From Sedimentisphaerales bacterium (GTDB lineage: Bacteria > Planctomycetota > Phycisphaerae > Sedimentisphaerales > Anaerobacaceae), in assembly GCA_963708075.1 (NCBI GenBank), contig OY970194.1:5632001-5696000 (forward strand): DNA of 64,000 nucleotides, in the 5' to 3' direction. The translations under genes and the position numbers were made by a program. The notes under the pieces were generated by a model, which was not told the origin of the DNA, made no database searches, and saw nothing but the letters and a program-made list of their open reading frames with translations. Below are positions 1-10,649 of the stretch, one piece after another (positions within the stretch are counted from its first letter, which is position 1; each line of letters begins with the position of its first letter).

Positions 1-120
1 ACTTTCACTCCCATGATGCAGTTCATGCTGGACGACAACACGCTCTCCGAGCGGGAGCTGGAGAACCTGGAGGAGATGATCCGCAAGAAACGCCGGCCGG
101 AGAGAACGGGCACGAAGTGA
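1..120 (+). CDS. BlaI/MecI/CopY-family transcriptional repressor, 3' end only (runs in from window edge)
   Basis: Frame 1 reads TFTPMMQFMLDDNTLSERELENLEEMIRKK...*, a typical BlaI C-terminus, directly upstream of an M56 gene. Confidence 0.7.
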   Translation, partial: TFTPMMQFMLDDNTLSERELENLEEMIRKKRRPERTGTK

Positions 121-174
121 TAGTCCATGCAGCGAGACATTCCGATGGATGTGCTTAGAAGCGGAGATGCGATC

Positions 175-3100
175 ATGAACGTGGTAGTGGAAACGATCAA
201 TGGAGCCGGCGGGGCATTCGTTGATTTCGCCTTGCCCATGCTCGTGCAGTCCAGTGTGCTCGTCGTGATTCTGCTGCTTGTCGATGCCGCACTGCGGAAG
301 CGCGTGCGTGCGGTGTTTCGCTACTGGATCTGGATGCTGGTGCTCGCGAAACTCGTGCTCCCTGCGTCGCTGGGGTCGCCGGTGAGCATCGGCAGGTGGC
401 TTGGCGATCCGCTGACGGCGCCGACAGTCGCTTTATACGAGCTGAGCGAGCGACAGCCGACAGCACCGACTGCAGAACCTCGCTCTGTAGCGGACAGTGT
501 GCTCTCGCACGACCCTCCCACGTTCCTCGTGAAACCCGCATCGCCTACGGAAGATCGCTACTTGCCGGCCGCGCACCCTCAAGCTGCCGGCACGCAGGCC
601 GGGATGGACCCCGAGCCGCTGTCCGGTTCGGTGGCGATCCCATCTACTCCGGCGCCGGCTCCCTCGTTGAGTTGGCAGGGTCTTGTGCTTCTGTCCTGGG
701 CGGCGGTGGCGGCCGCTCTACTGCTGTTGCTGCTGTGGCGCAGTTTCTTCGTGCGAGGTCTCGTCGCACAAGCGGACGAGACAAGTGCCGCCATGGTGAG
801 TGACCTGAACCAGTGCCGCAGGCGAATTGGCATGCGAAGAGAGGTGGCACTGAAGCTCTCCGCGATCGCGGGCAGCCCGGCCGCATGCGGGCTGATTCAT
901 CCCGTGATTCTGATCCCGCAGCATCTGGCGCCGAGGCTGGCAGCGCATGATCTGCAGGCGGTCCTGCTTCACGAGCTGGCGCATATCAAGCGGGGCGACT
1001 TGTGGATCAATCTTGCCCAGACGCTCCTGCAGATCGTGTATTTCTATAATCCGCTGCTGTGGCTGGCGAACGCGATCATCCGCCGGACGCGCGAGCAGGC
1101 CGTCGATGAAGCGGTCCTCGTCGCCATGGGCGAGGCCGCACCACGATACCCCGAAACCCTGGTCAACGTCGCAAAGCTGGCCTTTCGAAAGCGTCCGGGC
1201 CTGAGCCTGCGTCTGATCGGCGTGGTCGAATCCAAAAGCGCCCTGTCCGCCCGGATCAAGCACATTCTCACTCGCCCCATTCCGAAATCCGCCAAGCTCG
1301 GCCTGCTCGGACTGCTCGCCATCTTCATCATCGCGGTCGTGCTGCTGCCCATGGCCGAGATGCTCGAACCCCTCGCCACAGTCGTGAATGACGGCCCGCT
1401 GGATATCCGCTTCCTTGGCGTCTGTCCCGATCAAAGCAGCGACATCCTGGATGGCGACGGCGGGAAGATCGCGCCGGTAGCCTACCCGCGGACAGGCCGG
1501 GCAGCGTGGGAGCCGGACACCCTCCGGCGCGATTTCCTCTTCGAGCTGCCGGAAGCGAATGAGCCCATCTTGTTCTCCCATCACCGACTCGTCAGTGTGG
1601 CAGGCGAGGATATACGGCTTCATCAGTCAGATGCCAGCCCTCTCTATCCGGTAGTGGTTGATGGGCGAAAAGTCGCTGCCGTGGAAACCTACATACCGCG
1701 GGTCTATCGCAAGTTGATGCTGCGATTCTTCCGCCGCACGCTTGCGATTCAAAGGGTGGATGTGACGCTGAAGTACTTCTACGGACCGCCTCGGCAAACC
1801 CTCGTCAGTTTTCAAGGTCCATTTGCCGAAGGTCAGGTCCTTGCCGACGCGCAGATGCCGGGGGCCAAGCTGACAGTCCTGCCGGAACAAGCCTATAGCC
1901 GGTCGGTCGAACAGGGTGCGTCCTTCCGTCTGGATCTGCCGTTCGAGCTGGATTACGGCACGCCCGTCCTCGTGTACGACACGGAGGGCAAGCGGAGTCC
2001 GGCCTGGGCCTCAACCATGTCAACCGGCGGTAGGACAACGACATTGGAGTTTCACAACTATCCGCAGTACTTGTCCCTGTCGAATGTGGCCCGCGTCGCC
2101 GTTGAGAAGCCCTACGCATTCACAGTTCGGAACGTCCGCGTGAATTACCCGGACCGTCCGCCCCGGGCTTATGCGGCGTATGTGGATGCCATGGCGCAGC
2201 GCCTTGGCTGGACCGGCACGCCGGAGCAACTCGCAGAGCACCAGACCCTGGATCCTCAGCAGGCAATCAAGGTGATCGATGTTGTCGAGGGTGGGTACAT
2301 CCCGGCGACCCTCCAGGCCCTGAAATACGGACCTCGACGCGTCAAGATATCCGGTCTGGATCGGGCGACGCGGGAGAGGATTCACCAGACCGCCGCCCGG
2401 TGGATCGAATCCGGTTACAGACCCTATGGGATTCAGTTGGGTCTGATGGGACAGTGGCCCGAGTTTCTCGACATGGCCATCGAGGAACTCGCAAACCGGA
2501 GGCCGACCGGCGAGTACTCTTACCAGGAACGTGCCCGAATCGATGAGAGTCGCTCCGTTGCCAGTGCCCTGCAGCAATCTGAGCTTGAACTGAATGCCTC
2601 TCAGGTGGAGAAGCTCAAGCAAATTGTCCTCAACACCGACGATGGTCGGATCCAGGTCATGCTGTTGTGGTGTCTTGCAAGTACCGACACGCCGGAGGCG
2701 ATTGCTGCTTTGTGGGAGCTGGCCCAGGACGACAGGCCCTGGATATGGTGGAAGGCAACCGAGATGTGGCACTCCCGTACGGCGCGGACCCGCCGCGGGT
2801 ATGACGATCTGCCTGGGAAGATGAGGCTGCGATTGTTCCTGACCAGCGGCATTCCAGTGGATGCGAAGCTGAAGGCCGAGGCCTCGGCGCTCCTGCCGCA
2901 GATCTTCACGCCGGAGCTGGGCCAAATGACCTCGGAGGTATGGCGCATCGTTCATGAGAAGATCGCCAGTGGATCCGACAGGAAAGCAGGCACGGAAGCT
3001 TTTCTCAATTACCTGCGTCAAATGCAGTCTGCCATGACCGAGCGCCTGTGGGTCGGCAATTATGGTTACGCGAACGATGCAACGTGGATGGTAGCCCATG

Positions 3101-6100
3101 TAATAAGAACGCTGAACGTCTGGTACGGCGTTGACATCGGTCATCTCGGGACCGTGGAGGCAAAGGAGTGGCACGAGACGAAACCGAATACCTTTTCCGA
3201 CTTTCAGAATCTCATCGCTCAGGTCCTTCAATGGCATGAGGGCAATCGTGATGCTGAGCCTCTTGAGGTGACCTTTCGGGGCAAGGTGGTGGATACCGCC
3301 GGAAGGCCTATCGCGATGGCGGAGCTTGGCCTCACCCGAGCGGAGGATTACGTAGACGCGCGTGGGCAGTCCAGCCAACGCCAGGTTGATGCGGGGCAGT
3401 GCCGCACCGACACTGCCGGCGGCTTCGTGTTCAGCAAGCTGCGGAACACCAGCCACGCTCTGCGTGTCGCGGCGGAGGGCTTTGTCACACTGGAACACGT
3501 GTCTGTCACCCGGCTGCCGGATGGTCGGTTCCGGATCAGCGAGGGCACGGACAACACGATTGTCATGGAGAAACCGGCGTCGCTGTCCGGCAGGGTGACC
3601 GGGCCTGACGGCCGGCCGATGGCCAATGTCCGGGTGGAACTATGGCGCTGTCCCTCCGATCGCTACTTTCATCCGGACCCACCCGTGACGGACGCCGAGG
3701 GCCGCTTCACCGCCGGCTCGCTCATATCGGGCGACTACCTTGTGCAGCATCGTGGCATCGAACGGCCCCCCGACAGGGGAGAGTTTACGAGCGCCAAGGC
3801 GTTTCAACTTGTCGTCGTCGAGGAAGGCCAGGCCGTCGAGAACGTGATCCTCGACCTGCGTCACTCCACCTGCTCCCTCGAATTCGAGATCGTGGACCGC
3901 GACGATCAACCCATCCTCGGCGAGAGCGTGGCCTTACTGGTCCCGCTCCCCTCCGACAGTGGCTCCTTCGCGACGATCTCCGGCGCTCATCGTGTGCCGG
4001 CCAAGTCCGTTCACCGGCTCGACAGTCTCCCGCCGATGGATGGGTTTCTCAGCGTGTACACCGGCGGGCAGGGCCCCAAACGCGTCGAGGCGCGTCTTCG
4101 TCCGAATCAGACCACGCGCTGTCGGGTGAAGTTCAACCTGGCTGCGGCGGAAATGGAGATACCGGTCCCTCCGCGTGAGTCGCAGGCCCGGTACGAGGTG
4201 TCGCTGCCCAATGGCATCAAGGTGGCACTGCTCGGCTTGAAGGATGCTCGCGCGGCGGACAATGTGTGGTGGGCGCCTGACGGGTCACCGCTGCCGGAAC
4301 CTGTACACACCCGGAATCTCGGCGTTTACGGCCCGCCCGGCGACGCCTTCCGCCTCGAGGACACAGTGGAGCGGGAGATCGCGTTCAGACTGACCGGCGC
4401 AACGGACCCGAACGTATCGCCTGTCTTTGAGCTCCACGTGTTGAGCTCAGGAGCGGGGCCGGTGCCGGTGAGCAGCTATCGCCATTCGCTGATTGCGCGC
4501 GCCGCGGGCACGCATCTTCGCAGCGAGAACATCATCGTGCCTCGGGAGGCGAAGGGGGGCGATCTCCGCATCGGCTTCGACGTGCGGGATGAGGATGAGT
4601 TATGGAAAGACCGGCCCCGGCGCATGTGGGCAAGCTTCATCCATGTCACGTTTCAGCCCGGCGTCAAGACGCACACTATGGCCGGCTATTCCATGCCTGC
4701 CCCAACCCGACGGCTGGAGCCGGCAGAGCTGGACAGAGTGCAGCGGTATGTCTCCGTGGCGGCGACTCCTCTGCAACAGGGTGGCTATTATGGATTGCCG
4801 AAGAACGCCCCCGTTACTCTGTTTGATGTTACCAATGCTGCTCGATTTGAGCCGAAGCGCACGGCTGACGCGTTCCTCGAAGTCGTGCGGCAAGTCGATC
4901 TGGGCGAAACCAGGGCTCGGCTGATCTACAGCCGCAACATCGAGGGCCTGTTCAACGGCAAAGAAGCGGATATCCGCCTCGAGCCCGGCGACACCATCCT
5001 CGGCAGCTACGCTGAGAGCCCGCGCGGCGAAAAGACTCCCGCGCAGTACCGGTTCGGCGACGTCATCACAGTCGCTCTGCCGGATGAGAACAATCGACCG
5101 GGCCCGTTCATCGATCTCGACACCGGCAAGCTCCATCATCCTCCTGCCGGCCTCGACACGCGCGACAGCGATGCATTCGGCGCGTGGATGGCGGCCAATT
5201 CGATCGACGCTCGCTTCGAACGCGCGCCGCCCGTCCAGGGTCTGGTTGGCCTCACCATGCTGGCCCTGGAGGTGGACGACCGATTGTGGTCCGGCGCCAC
5301 CGGCATCCACGACCGACTCCTGACGAAAGCCGAGGTCCCCGTCCTGCTCAGCGGCGACGACTACCCGCCCACCACGTATCTGATCAAGACGGATCAACAG
5401 AGAACAGGCATCCTGCAAATCCTCGACCCCGCCGCTGGCCCGGACGGAACGAGCATCCGGTACAAATTCCTGCAGGACCCGCCCGGCACAAGCGATTCCC
5501 AGCCGTCCGACACACAGATCGTCCACGACATCGGTCCCAGCCAGAGCCACGCCCGCACCGGTAACTCCACCGATGCCGACGCCGCCGACCCACGGTGGAT
5601 TGGCCTTGTGGGAGATGATCAGGCAGGATCGGGCGAGGCTTTGCGGGAAATCTTGGGCGTCGTGGTGGACCCGAATGGGCGGCCGATTGCGGACGCCTGG
5701 GTCACTGTGGAGAACAAGGACCTGCTGCTGGAGCCCGAGCCTAAGAAGTTTGGCTTGCTGATGCATCTGGTCGTGCGCGAGGACACGGCGCAATCAGATT
5801 CCACAGGCCGTTTCGTACTCACCGGTCTCCGCCCCGGTGCCACGGATATCCGCGTCTGGGCGGACGGGCACCGTACGGAGCTGGTGCAAGCCGTCCCCGC
5901 CGGGACGATGGACCTGCGGGTCGTCCTGGAAGAGCCGCGGCCGTACACGGTGTCGGGCGTCGTGGTGGACAGCCGGGGCATGCCGCTCGGCGAGGCAAGC
6001 GTCACGCTCGTGAGCGAGCTGTTCACTGCGCAGGATGCGGGCAAGGCCGTACCCCCGGTGACGGTCCGCACCGATGCGAACGGCACGTTCCGGTTCAGTG

Positions 6101-6114
6101 AGACGTTTCAATGA
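175..6114 (+). CDS. BlaR1/MecR1-like M56 metallopeptidase with very large extracytoplasmic region (carboxypeptidase-regulatory-like repeats)
   Basis: N-terminal TM helices, HELAHIKRGD zinc motif, YFYNPLLW and REQAVD; repeated GxVxDxxGxPIAxAxV...TDxxGxF units. Start taken at ATG 175 (ORF opens at 127). Confidence 0.85.
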   Translation: MNVVVETINGAGGAFVDFALPMLVQSSVLVVILLLVDAALRKRVRAVFRYWIWMLVLAKLVLPASLGSPVSIGRWLGDPLTAPTVALYELSERQPTAPTAEPRSVADSVLSHDPPTFLVKPASPTEDRYLPAAHPQAAGTQAGMDPEPLSGSVAIPSTPAPAPSLSWQGLVLLSWAAVAAALLLLLLWRSFFVRGLVAQADETSAAMVSDLNQCRRRIGMRREVALKLSAIAGSPAACGLIHPVILIPQHLAPRLAAHDLQAVLLHELAHIKRGDLWINLAQTLLQIVYFYNPLLWLANAIIRRTREQAVDEAVLVAMGEAAPRYPETLVNVAKLAFRKRPGLSLRLIGVVESKSALSARIKHILTRPIPKSAKLGLLGLLAIFIIAVVLLPMAEMLEPLATVVNDGPLDIRFLGVCPDQSSDILDGDGGKIAPVAYPRTGRAAWEPDTLRRDFLFELPEANEPILFSHHRLVSVAGEDIRLHQSDASPLYPVVVDGRKVAAVETYIPRVYRKLMLRFFRRTLAIQRVDVTLKYFYGPPRQTLVSFQGPFAEGQVLADAQMPGAKLTVLPEQAYSRSVEQGASFRLDLPFELDYGTPVLVYDTEGKRSPAWASTMSTGGRTTTLEFHNYPQYLSLSNVARVAVEKPYAFTVRNVRVNYPDRPPRAYAAYVDAMAQRLGWTGTPEQLAEHQTLDPQQAIKVIDVVEGGYIPATLQALKYGPRRVKISGLDRATRERIHQTAARWIESGYRPYGIQLGLMGQWPEFLDMAIEELANRRPTGEYSYQERARIDESRSVASALQQSELELNASQVEKLKQIVLNTDDGRIQVMLLWCLASTDTPEAIAALWELAQDDRPWIWWKATEMWHSRTARTRRGYDDLPGKMRLRLFLTSGIPVDAKLKAEASALLPQIFTPELGQMTSEVWRIVHEKIASGSDRKAGTEAFLNYLRQMQSAMTERLWVGNYGYANDATWMVAHVIRTLNVWYGVDIGHLGTVEAKEWHETKPNTFSDFQNLIAQVLQWHEGNRDAEPLEVTFRGKVVDTAGRPIAMAELGLTRAEDYVDARGQSSQRQVDAGQCRTDTAGGFVFSKLRNTSHALRVAAEGFVTLEHVSVTRLPDGRFRISEGTDNTIVMEKPASLSGRVTGPDGRPMANVRVELWRCPSDRYFHPDPPVTDAEGRFTAGSLISGDYLVQHRGIERPPDRGEFTSAKAFQLVVVEEGQAVENVILDLRHSTCSLEFEIVDRDDQPILGESVALLVPLPSDSGSFATISGAHRVPAKSVHRLDSLPPMDGFLSVYTGGQGPKRVEARLRPNQTTRCRVKFNLAAAEMEIPVPPRESQARYEVSLPNGIKVALLGLKDARAADNVWWAPDGSPLPEPVHTRNLGVYGPPGDAFRLEDTVEREIAFRLTGATDPNVSPVFELHVLSSGAGPVPVSSYRHSLIARAAGTHLRSENIIVPREAKGGDLRIGFDVRDEDELWKDRPRRMWASFIHVTFQPGVKTHTMAGYSMPAPTRRLEPAELDRVQRYVSVAATPLQQGGYYGLPKNAPVTLFDVTNAARFEPKRTADAFLEVVRQVDLGETRARLIYSRNIEGLFNGKEADIRLEPGDTILGSYAESPRGEKTPAQYRFGDVITVALPDENNRPGPFIDLDTGKLHHPPAGLDTRDSDAFGAWMAANSIDARFERAPPVQGLVGLTMLALEVDDRLWSGATGIHDRLLTKAEVPVLLSGDDYPPTTYLIKTDQQRTGILQILDPAAGPDGTSIRYKFLQDPPGTSDSQPSDTQIVHDIGPSQSHARTGNSTDADAADPRWIGLVGDDQAGSGEALREILGVVVDPNGRPIADAWVTVENKDLLLEPEPKKFGLLMHLVVREDTAQSDSTGRFVLTGLRPGATDIRVWADGHRTELVQAVPAGTMDLRVVLEEPRPYTVSGVVVDSRGMPLGEASVTLVSELFTAQDAGKAVPPVTVRTDANGTFRFSETFQ

Positions 6115-6456
6115 GGCGATGTCCGCTCGATCCAGCGCACGCTCATCGCGCACAAGCAGGATTATGGCCTCAGCGGCACACGAGTGGATGGCACGGGGGG
6201 AGTACCATCGGTGCGGATCACGCTGGGGCCGGAGGAGAAGGTTTCAGGCACAGTGCTGAACGAAGCCGGCGAGCCGATTGCCAATGCGAAGGTCGCCCTG
6301 CTCTCCGCCTTCTGGAAACGCAGTGGTGCCTCTGGACGATGGCCGACGCGAATAAGGCAGATCCCAGGAACCCCTGTCTGCATCACTTCTGCGTCTGGCA
6401 ATCCGTGTTGGTCCGTGTGCGTCCGTGCAGGTCTGTGTTTTCACCCGAAGTTGTAA
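6115..6456 (+). pseudogene. In-frame continuation of the M56 gene beyond the TGA at 6112-6114; degenerates/truncated
   Basis: Same frame continues GDVRSIQRTLIAHKQDYG...KVSGTVLNEAGEPIANAKVAL, another carboxypeptidase-like repeat. Confidence 0.6.
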
Positions 6457-6713
6457 TGCTTGCGCACGGCCTTCTCCACGCTCCAGATGCAGTCGAGGTC
6501 CTGCGGGAAGATGACCAGGTCGCCGGGACCGAAGCTGACGGATTCCTTGCCGTCCGAGATCGTAACCTTTCCCTCCAGAATAAAGCAGGTTTCCTTTTCC
6601 GTGTAGGACCAGTCGAACGTGCTCGGATCGCACGTCCAGATCGGCCAGCTCTTGCAGTGGGCGGCTTCTTCCTTCGTCGGCTTACGAACCACAATATCCC
6701 TGACGGTCGGCAT
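6441..6713 (-). CDS. Small cupin-domain protein (DUF861/cupin_3-like)
   Basis: WPIWTCDPSTFDWSYTEKETCFILEGKV...GDLVIFP...W...VRKHY. Confidence 0.85.
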   Translation of the reverse strand: MPTVRDIVVRKPTKEEAAHCKSWPIWTCDPSTFDWSYTEKETCFILEGKVTISDGKESVSFGPGDLVIFPQDLDCIWSVEKAVRKHYNFG

Positions 6714-6887
6714 CCTTGATACTCCTACCGATGCTATTGATAATCAAACATCCTTGGTCAACGGCTGTATTATATCGAGGCACGCGCGTTTGGGAACGAT
6801 GCGATGATTTTTCTTGAAAGCGGCCGGTCGTTCTCAGTACACTCGTGGCCTTTCCGGCGATATGGTTGATTTTGAGACACGAGGCAG

Positions 6888-7682
6888 ATGAAGCAGGAAC
6901 AGGTGGAGCGATTCAGGCGTTGGTTTGAGGAATATACAGCGCGTTTTCTGGGCGATGACGAATACGTCAACATCCACATCCAACTGAAGCAGGAGCACAC
7001 GAAGCGGACGTGCGAGGAGATTCTCTTCCTGGCGGAGCAGCTTGCCCTGGATGAGGGTCAGAAGTACGTGGCCGAGGTGGTTGCTTTGTTTCACGACATC
7101 GGCCGATTCCCGCAGTTCGCGAAGTATCGTACTTACAAGGATCACCGAAGCGTCGATCACTGCCGGCTGGGCGTCGAGGTGCTTGCTCAGGAGGGCGTTC
7201 TGGGCAGCCTGCGACGCGAGGAGAAGCAGTGGGTCGAGACGGCGGTCGAACATCATGGCCGCAAAGCCCTGCCGGCCGATCTGCGGGGCCAGGCCCTGCT
7301 GTTCGCCAAGTTGATCCGCGACGCGGACAAGCTCGACATCTACCGCATCGTGGTAAGCAGCTATCGGGCGTACCGCGAGAACCCCGCCAAGTTCTCGTTC
7401 GAGGTCGAGCTGCCTGACGAGCCGGGCTATTCGCCGCCCGTGCTCGATGCGATCATGAACGGAAGGGTCATCGATTACCACGACCTTCGCACGATGAACG
7501 ACATGAAACTCTGCCAGCTCGGCTGGGTCTACGACATGAATTTCCCCGCCACCCTCGAACGGCTCCGGCAGCGGGGATTCGTCCAAGATCTGCTTGGCTG
7601 CCTGCCACCGGGTGATGAGGTGCAGCGCGTCCGGCGGAAGATTCTGGAACACATTGAGTCGCGGCTGACATCCGTCTCGTAG
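6888..7682 (+). CDS. HD-domain metal-dependent phosphohydrolase
   Basis: KQEHT, FHDIGRF, EHH, RDADKLD motifs. Confidence 0.85.
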   Translation: MKQEQVERFRRWFEEYTARFLGDDEYVNIHIQLKQEHTKRTCEEILFLAEQLALDEGQKYVAEVVALFHDIGRFPQFAKYRTYKDHRSVDHCRLGVEVLAQEGVLGSLRREEKQWVETAVEHHGRKALPADLRGQALLFAKLIRDADKLDIYRIVVSSYRAYRENPAKFSFEVELPDEPGYSPPVLDAIMNGRVIDYHDLRTMNDMKLCQLGWVYDMNFPATLERLRQRGFVQDLLGCLPPGDEVQRVRRKILEHIESRLTSVS

Positions 7683-7730
7683 CCGGGCGGACAAGGACCT
7701 CCTCTGAAAATACGCCGGATAGATCTCCGC

Positions 7731-7755
7731 GTAGGGCGAGCGTCCCCGCTCGCCC
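7731..7755 (+). repeat. GTAG-type REP palindrome
   Basis: GTAG followed by gggcgagcg-tccc-cgctcgccc hairpin in intergenic space. Confidence 0.55.
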
Positions 7756-7801
7756 AGGGTCGTGCGAGGGTACGTGTTTAGCGTGAAGCCTATCGTTCGC
7801 C

Positions 7802-7894
7802 GGGTGGCACCGCCAAACTCGTTTGACGGTGCTCATTCGACCGAGTCTGGTCAATCGGGACCCCCACGGGCAAACAAGTTTGCCCGTGCCACCC
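7802..7894. repeat. REPIN (family B): two inverted GGGTGGCAC-headed palindromes
   Basis: gggtggcaccgccaaactcgtttgacggtg ... cacgggcaaacaagtttgcccgtgccaccc; homologous to 24834-24911. Confidence 0.75.
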
Positions 7895-8000
7895 AGGACT
7901 GGGCGCATCCAGGCTAAACACGTACGTGCGAGGACGCACGACCTGCGAAGAGCATCGCATCTTCATCCTCTTCGGGTGCAAGGCCCATGGATGGCTCTGC

Positions 8001-10649
8001 TTAGAACAGCCAACTGTATCGCAACCAGATGCTGTGCTGCCGGGCGTCCGGGGAATAGTCCCCATCGTAGGCCAGCGACACGGCATGCCGGGTCCTGGTC
8101 AAGGTCAGAGAGCCCGACAGCGTCATCGCGGTCCGATCCTGTTCGGAGTGGACGAGCACCGGAATCGCCCCATTGATGGATTGCCAGACGCTCGTCTCGG
8201 CATCCGTCAGCAAATGACGAATGCCAACCGACACGGACGGCAAGACACGGATATCGCCGTGCAGGAAGCTGCTTAACCATCGCAGTGCCGCTACGGCTTG
8301 GACGTTGTGGTCGTCCGTGGCCGAGTAAGTGGTGTCCCAACTCGGATCGGTCGCCTCGGTGGTATATCGCTCGCGGTGGGCCCAGAGCCAGTCCAGCCCC
8401 GCCTCCGGGAGGAATACGTGTGCGCCCCGTCGGAAGATGTGCCCCGCCATGAGCGTGGCGGCCGTGCCGTAGCTGTCATAGGAAGCGGTTTCCCGTTCGT
8501 CCAGCGCCAGGCCGGTCAGCCCCTCGTAGTCATGTTGGCCATAGAATCCGGTGAGTCCGTAGCGCAGGGTCCATGGATCCCAGCGCGTCAGGGCACTGAA
8601 GCCGCCGGTCACGACGTCCTGGTCCTCGCTGTTGCCGCTACCGCGGCCGGTGTATTCGATGTCGGATTGCCCATAGCCCAGGTGCAGGCCCAGGAGGGTA
8701 TTCTCGACGTATCGCTCGCATCCTGCAGAGAATCCCCACAGGCTCGCATCAAACCCTAACGGGTTGGCGTCCCTATCGATTCGAGAGTAGTAGGGCTCGA
8801 CGAATACGCCGGAGGTCTTGCCGGGAGCCGCCTCCGCCAGGACCAGACTCTCAGCCGTCGAGCCGGCGTCGGCCAACAGGCCGGACGAGGGTGGAAAGAG
8901 AACGTTTTGCAGCAGGGTGGTTGTCATGTGGCGGTTGACGACCTCGCCGGCCTGAGAGATCACCTGCTTCGCCACCTCTATCGAAGCCAAAGTCGGCGAG
9001 GCGAGGGGGGTGTAGGCCAGCGCGACCGTGTCATCTGCGCTGCCGGCGGTACCTTGGTCATAGTAAGTGACGGTGGTATTGGGATTGGCGGCCTGCGCGT
9101 CGGCGAAATTGCCGTCCACGGCGCCGGTGCCCTCGGCTTCGAAGAGCTTGTATTCCGTGCTCCAAAGGGTCTGGCCCGAGACCGCAGTGACAGTCAACGT
9201 CGCGTCATTGAGAGCCAGCGTCGCTCCATCGGCGACGCCGAACGAGCCTCGGTTCGGGTCCCCGTCGAGGGCGACATTGTAGATGTCAACAAGGGTCGTC
9301 GTTCCGGAGGCGACGTAGACCTCGTAGGCCGTATCGGCGGCGGCGCGGATGATGCCGGTATTCGTGAGGCGCCCGCCGGAGTTCATGAAGATGCCGTAGG
9401 CGTGGGAGTCAAACCCCTCCTGGGCTGCGCCCGTGACAGTGACGGCGCCGCTGTTGTTCACATCTCCGTCGGTGGCGATGCCATAGGCCTCGGCGTCGGC
9501 TTGGGCATCAGCCGCGGCGGCTATCCCCCCGACGGCCGTGACGGAGATCGCGCCCGTGTTGTTCACATCTTCACCTGTCGCGATCCCCTCCGCGTAGCTG
9601 TGAGCGTCAGCGAAGTCGTCGGCGCCGGCGGTCCCGCCTATGGCGATGATGGTGAGATCGCCGCGATTATTCACAGCTCCGAAGGCCCTGATGCCGAAGG
9701 CTGCGCCGTCGGCGTCGGCGGTGTCGTTGGCGTCGGCGGTTCCGCCTGTGGCGATGGCCAGGATATTACCGCTATTGTTCACACTCCCTTGCGCGGAGAT
9801 GCCATAGGTATAGGCGGCAGTGGAGGCCGTGGCGAAGTCGCCGTCAGACCCTGCCGACCCTCCGGCAGCCATAATGCGGAGTGTCCCCGTATTGGTGACG
9901 TCCTTCTCCGTGAAGAAACCCGTGGCATTACTGTAGGCGAAGGCGTCATTGGCGGCATTGGCGGTCCCGCCCGTGACGGCGATCGTGATATCTCCGGCGT
10001 TGTAGAGGTCTTCCCCGGCATAGATGCCAAGGGCGTCCCAAATGTCGGCGTACGCGCTGCCGTCGCTGGAATCGGCGGTTCCGGCGGTCGCGGTGATTGT
10101 GATGTTCCCTGTGTTGTGGACACCCGCCCAGGCATAGATGCCCCCTGGGAACTGGATGTTTGCATTAGCGCCGCTACTGCTGCTGTCGGCCGCCGTCCCG
10201 CCCGTGGCGGTGATTGTGATATCCCCGGCGTTGTTGGCGTCTCCAAAGGCGAAAATACCAAGGGCATCCCAAACGTAGGCGCGGGCGGAGCCGGCATCAG
10301 TGGCGGCATTGCCTCCGGTGGCATTGACGCCAATCGAACCGGTGTTGATCAGGTTTGGCTCGCTGGAGAGGCCGTAGGCGCTGAACGCGACGTTGGCATA
10401 CAGGCTGGGGTCGGTTTCGCCCCAAGCCTGGACGGAGATGTTCTCTTCGTTAAGATAAGGGGGCTCCGCCATCAATACATCAACCCCGGAGACGCTGACG
10501 TCATCGTGCAGCCCGGTTTCATTGACATCGATCTGTGCCCCCGCGACCGCCCACATCGACTCCAGGATCGCCATCGCTGCCAGAATCTGTCCCAGTCCCC
10601 CACTCCGCCCCGCCGATCGACCCATCGTGCCGACGCCGTGCACCATCAT
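8001..10649 (-). CDS. Autotransporter (type Va) with repetitive Gly/Ala/Thr-rich passenger and C-terminal beta-barrel
   Basis: Signal-like N-terminus, ~40-aa repeats (GIxAxGxVxNxGxIxxxAxGGxA), amphipathic beta C-terminal region ending YSWLF. Confidence 0.8.
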   Translation of the reverse strand: MMVHGVGTMGRSAGRSGGLGQILAAMAILESMWAVAGAQIDVNETGLHDDVSVSGVDVLMAEPPYLNEENISVQAWGETDPSLYANVAFSAYGLSSEPNLINTGSIGVNATGGNAATDAGSARAYVWDALGIFAFGDANNAGDITITATGGTAADSSSSGANANIQFPGGIYAWAGVHNTGNITITATAGTADSSDGSAYADIWDALGIYAGEDLYNAGDITIAVTGGTANAANDAFAYSNATGFFTEKDVTNTGTLRIMAAGGSAGSDGDFATASTAAYTYGISAQGSVNNSGNILAIATGGTADANDTADADGAAFGIRAFGAVNNRGDLTIIAIGGTAGADDFADAHSYAEGIATGEDVNNTGAISVTAVGGIAAAADAQADAEAYGIATDGDVNNSGAVTVTGAAQEGFDSHAYGIFMNSGGRLTNTGIIRAAADTAYEVYVASGTTTLVDIYNVALDGDPNRGSFGVADGATLALNDATLTVTAVSGQTLWSTEYKLFEAEGTGAVDGNFADAQAANPNTTVTYYDQGTAGSADDTVALAYTPLASPTLASIEVAKQVISQAGEVVNRHMTTTLLQNVLFPPSSGLLADAGSTAESLVLAEAAPGKTSGVFVEPYYSRIDRDANPLGFDASLWGFSAGCERYVENTLLGLHLGYGQSDIEYTGRGSGNSEDQDVVTGGFSALTRWDPWTLRYGLTGFYGQHDYEGLTGLALDERETASYDSYGTAATLMAGHIFRRGAHVFLPEAGLDWLWAHRERYTTEATDPSWDTTYSATDDHNVQAVAALRWLSSFLHGDIRVLPSVSVGIRHLLTDAETSVWQSINGAIPVLVHSEQDRTAMTLSGSLTLTRTRHAVSLAYDGDYSPDARQHSIWLRYSWLF

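Noticed and set aside
6112..6114. Selenocysteine recoding of the in-frame TGA
   Set aside because: Position is a repeat linker with no Cys/redox context, and no convincing SECIS hairpin was identified
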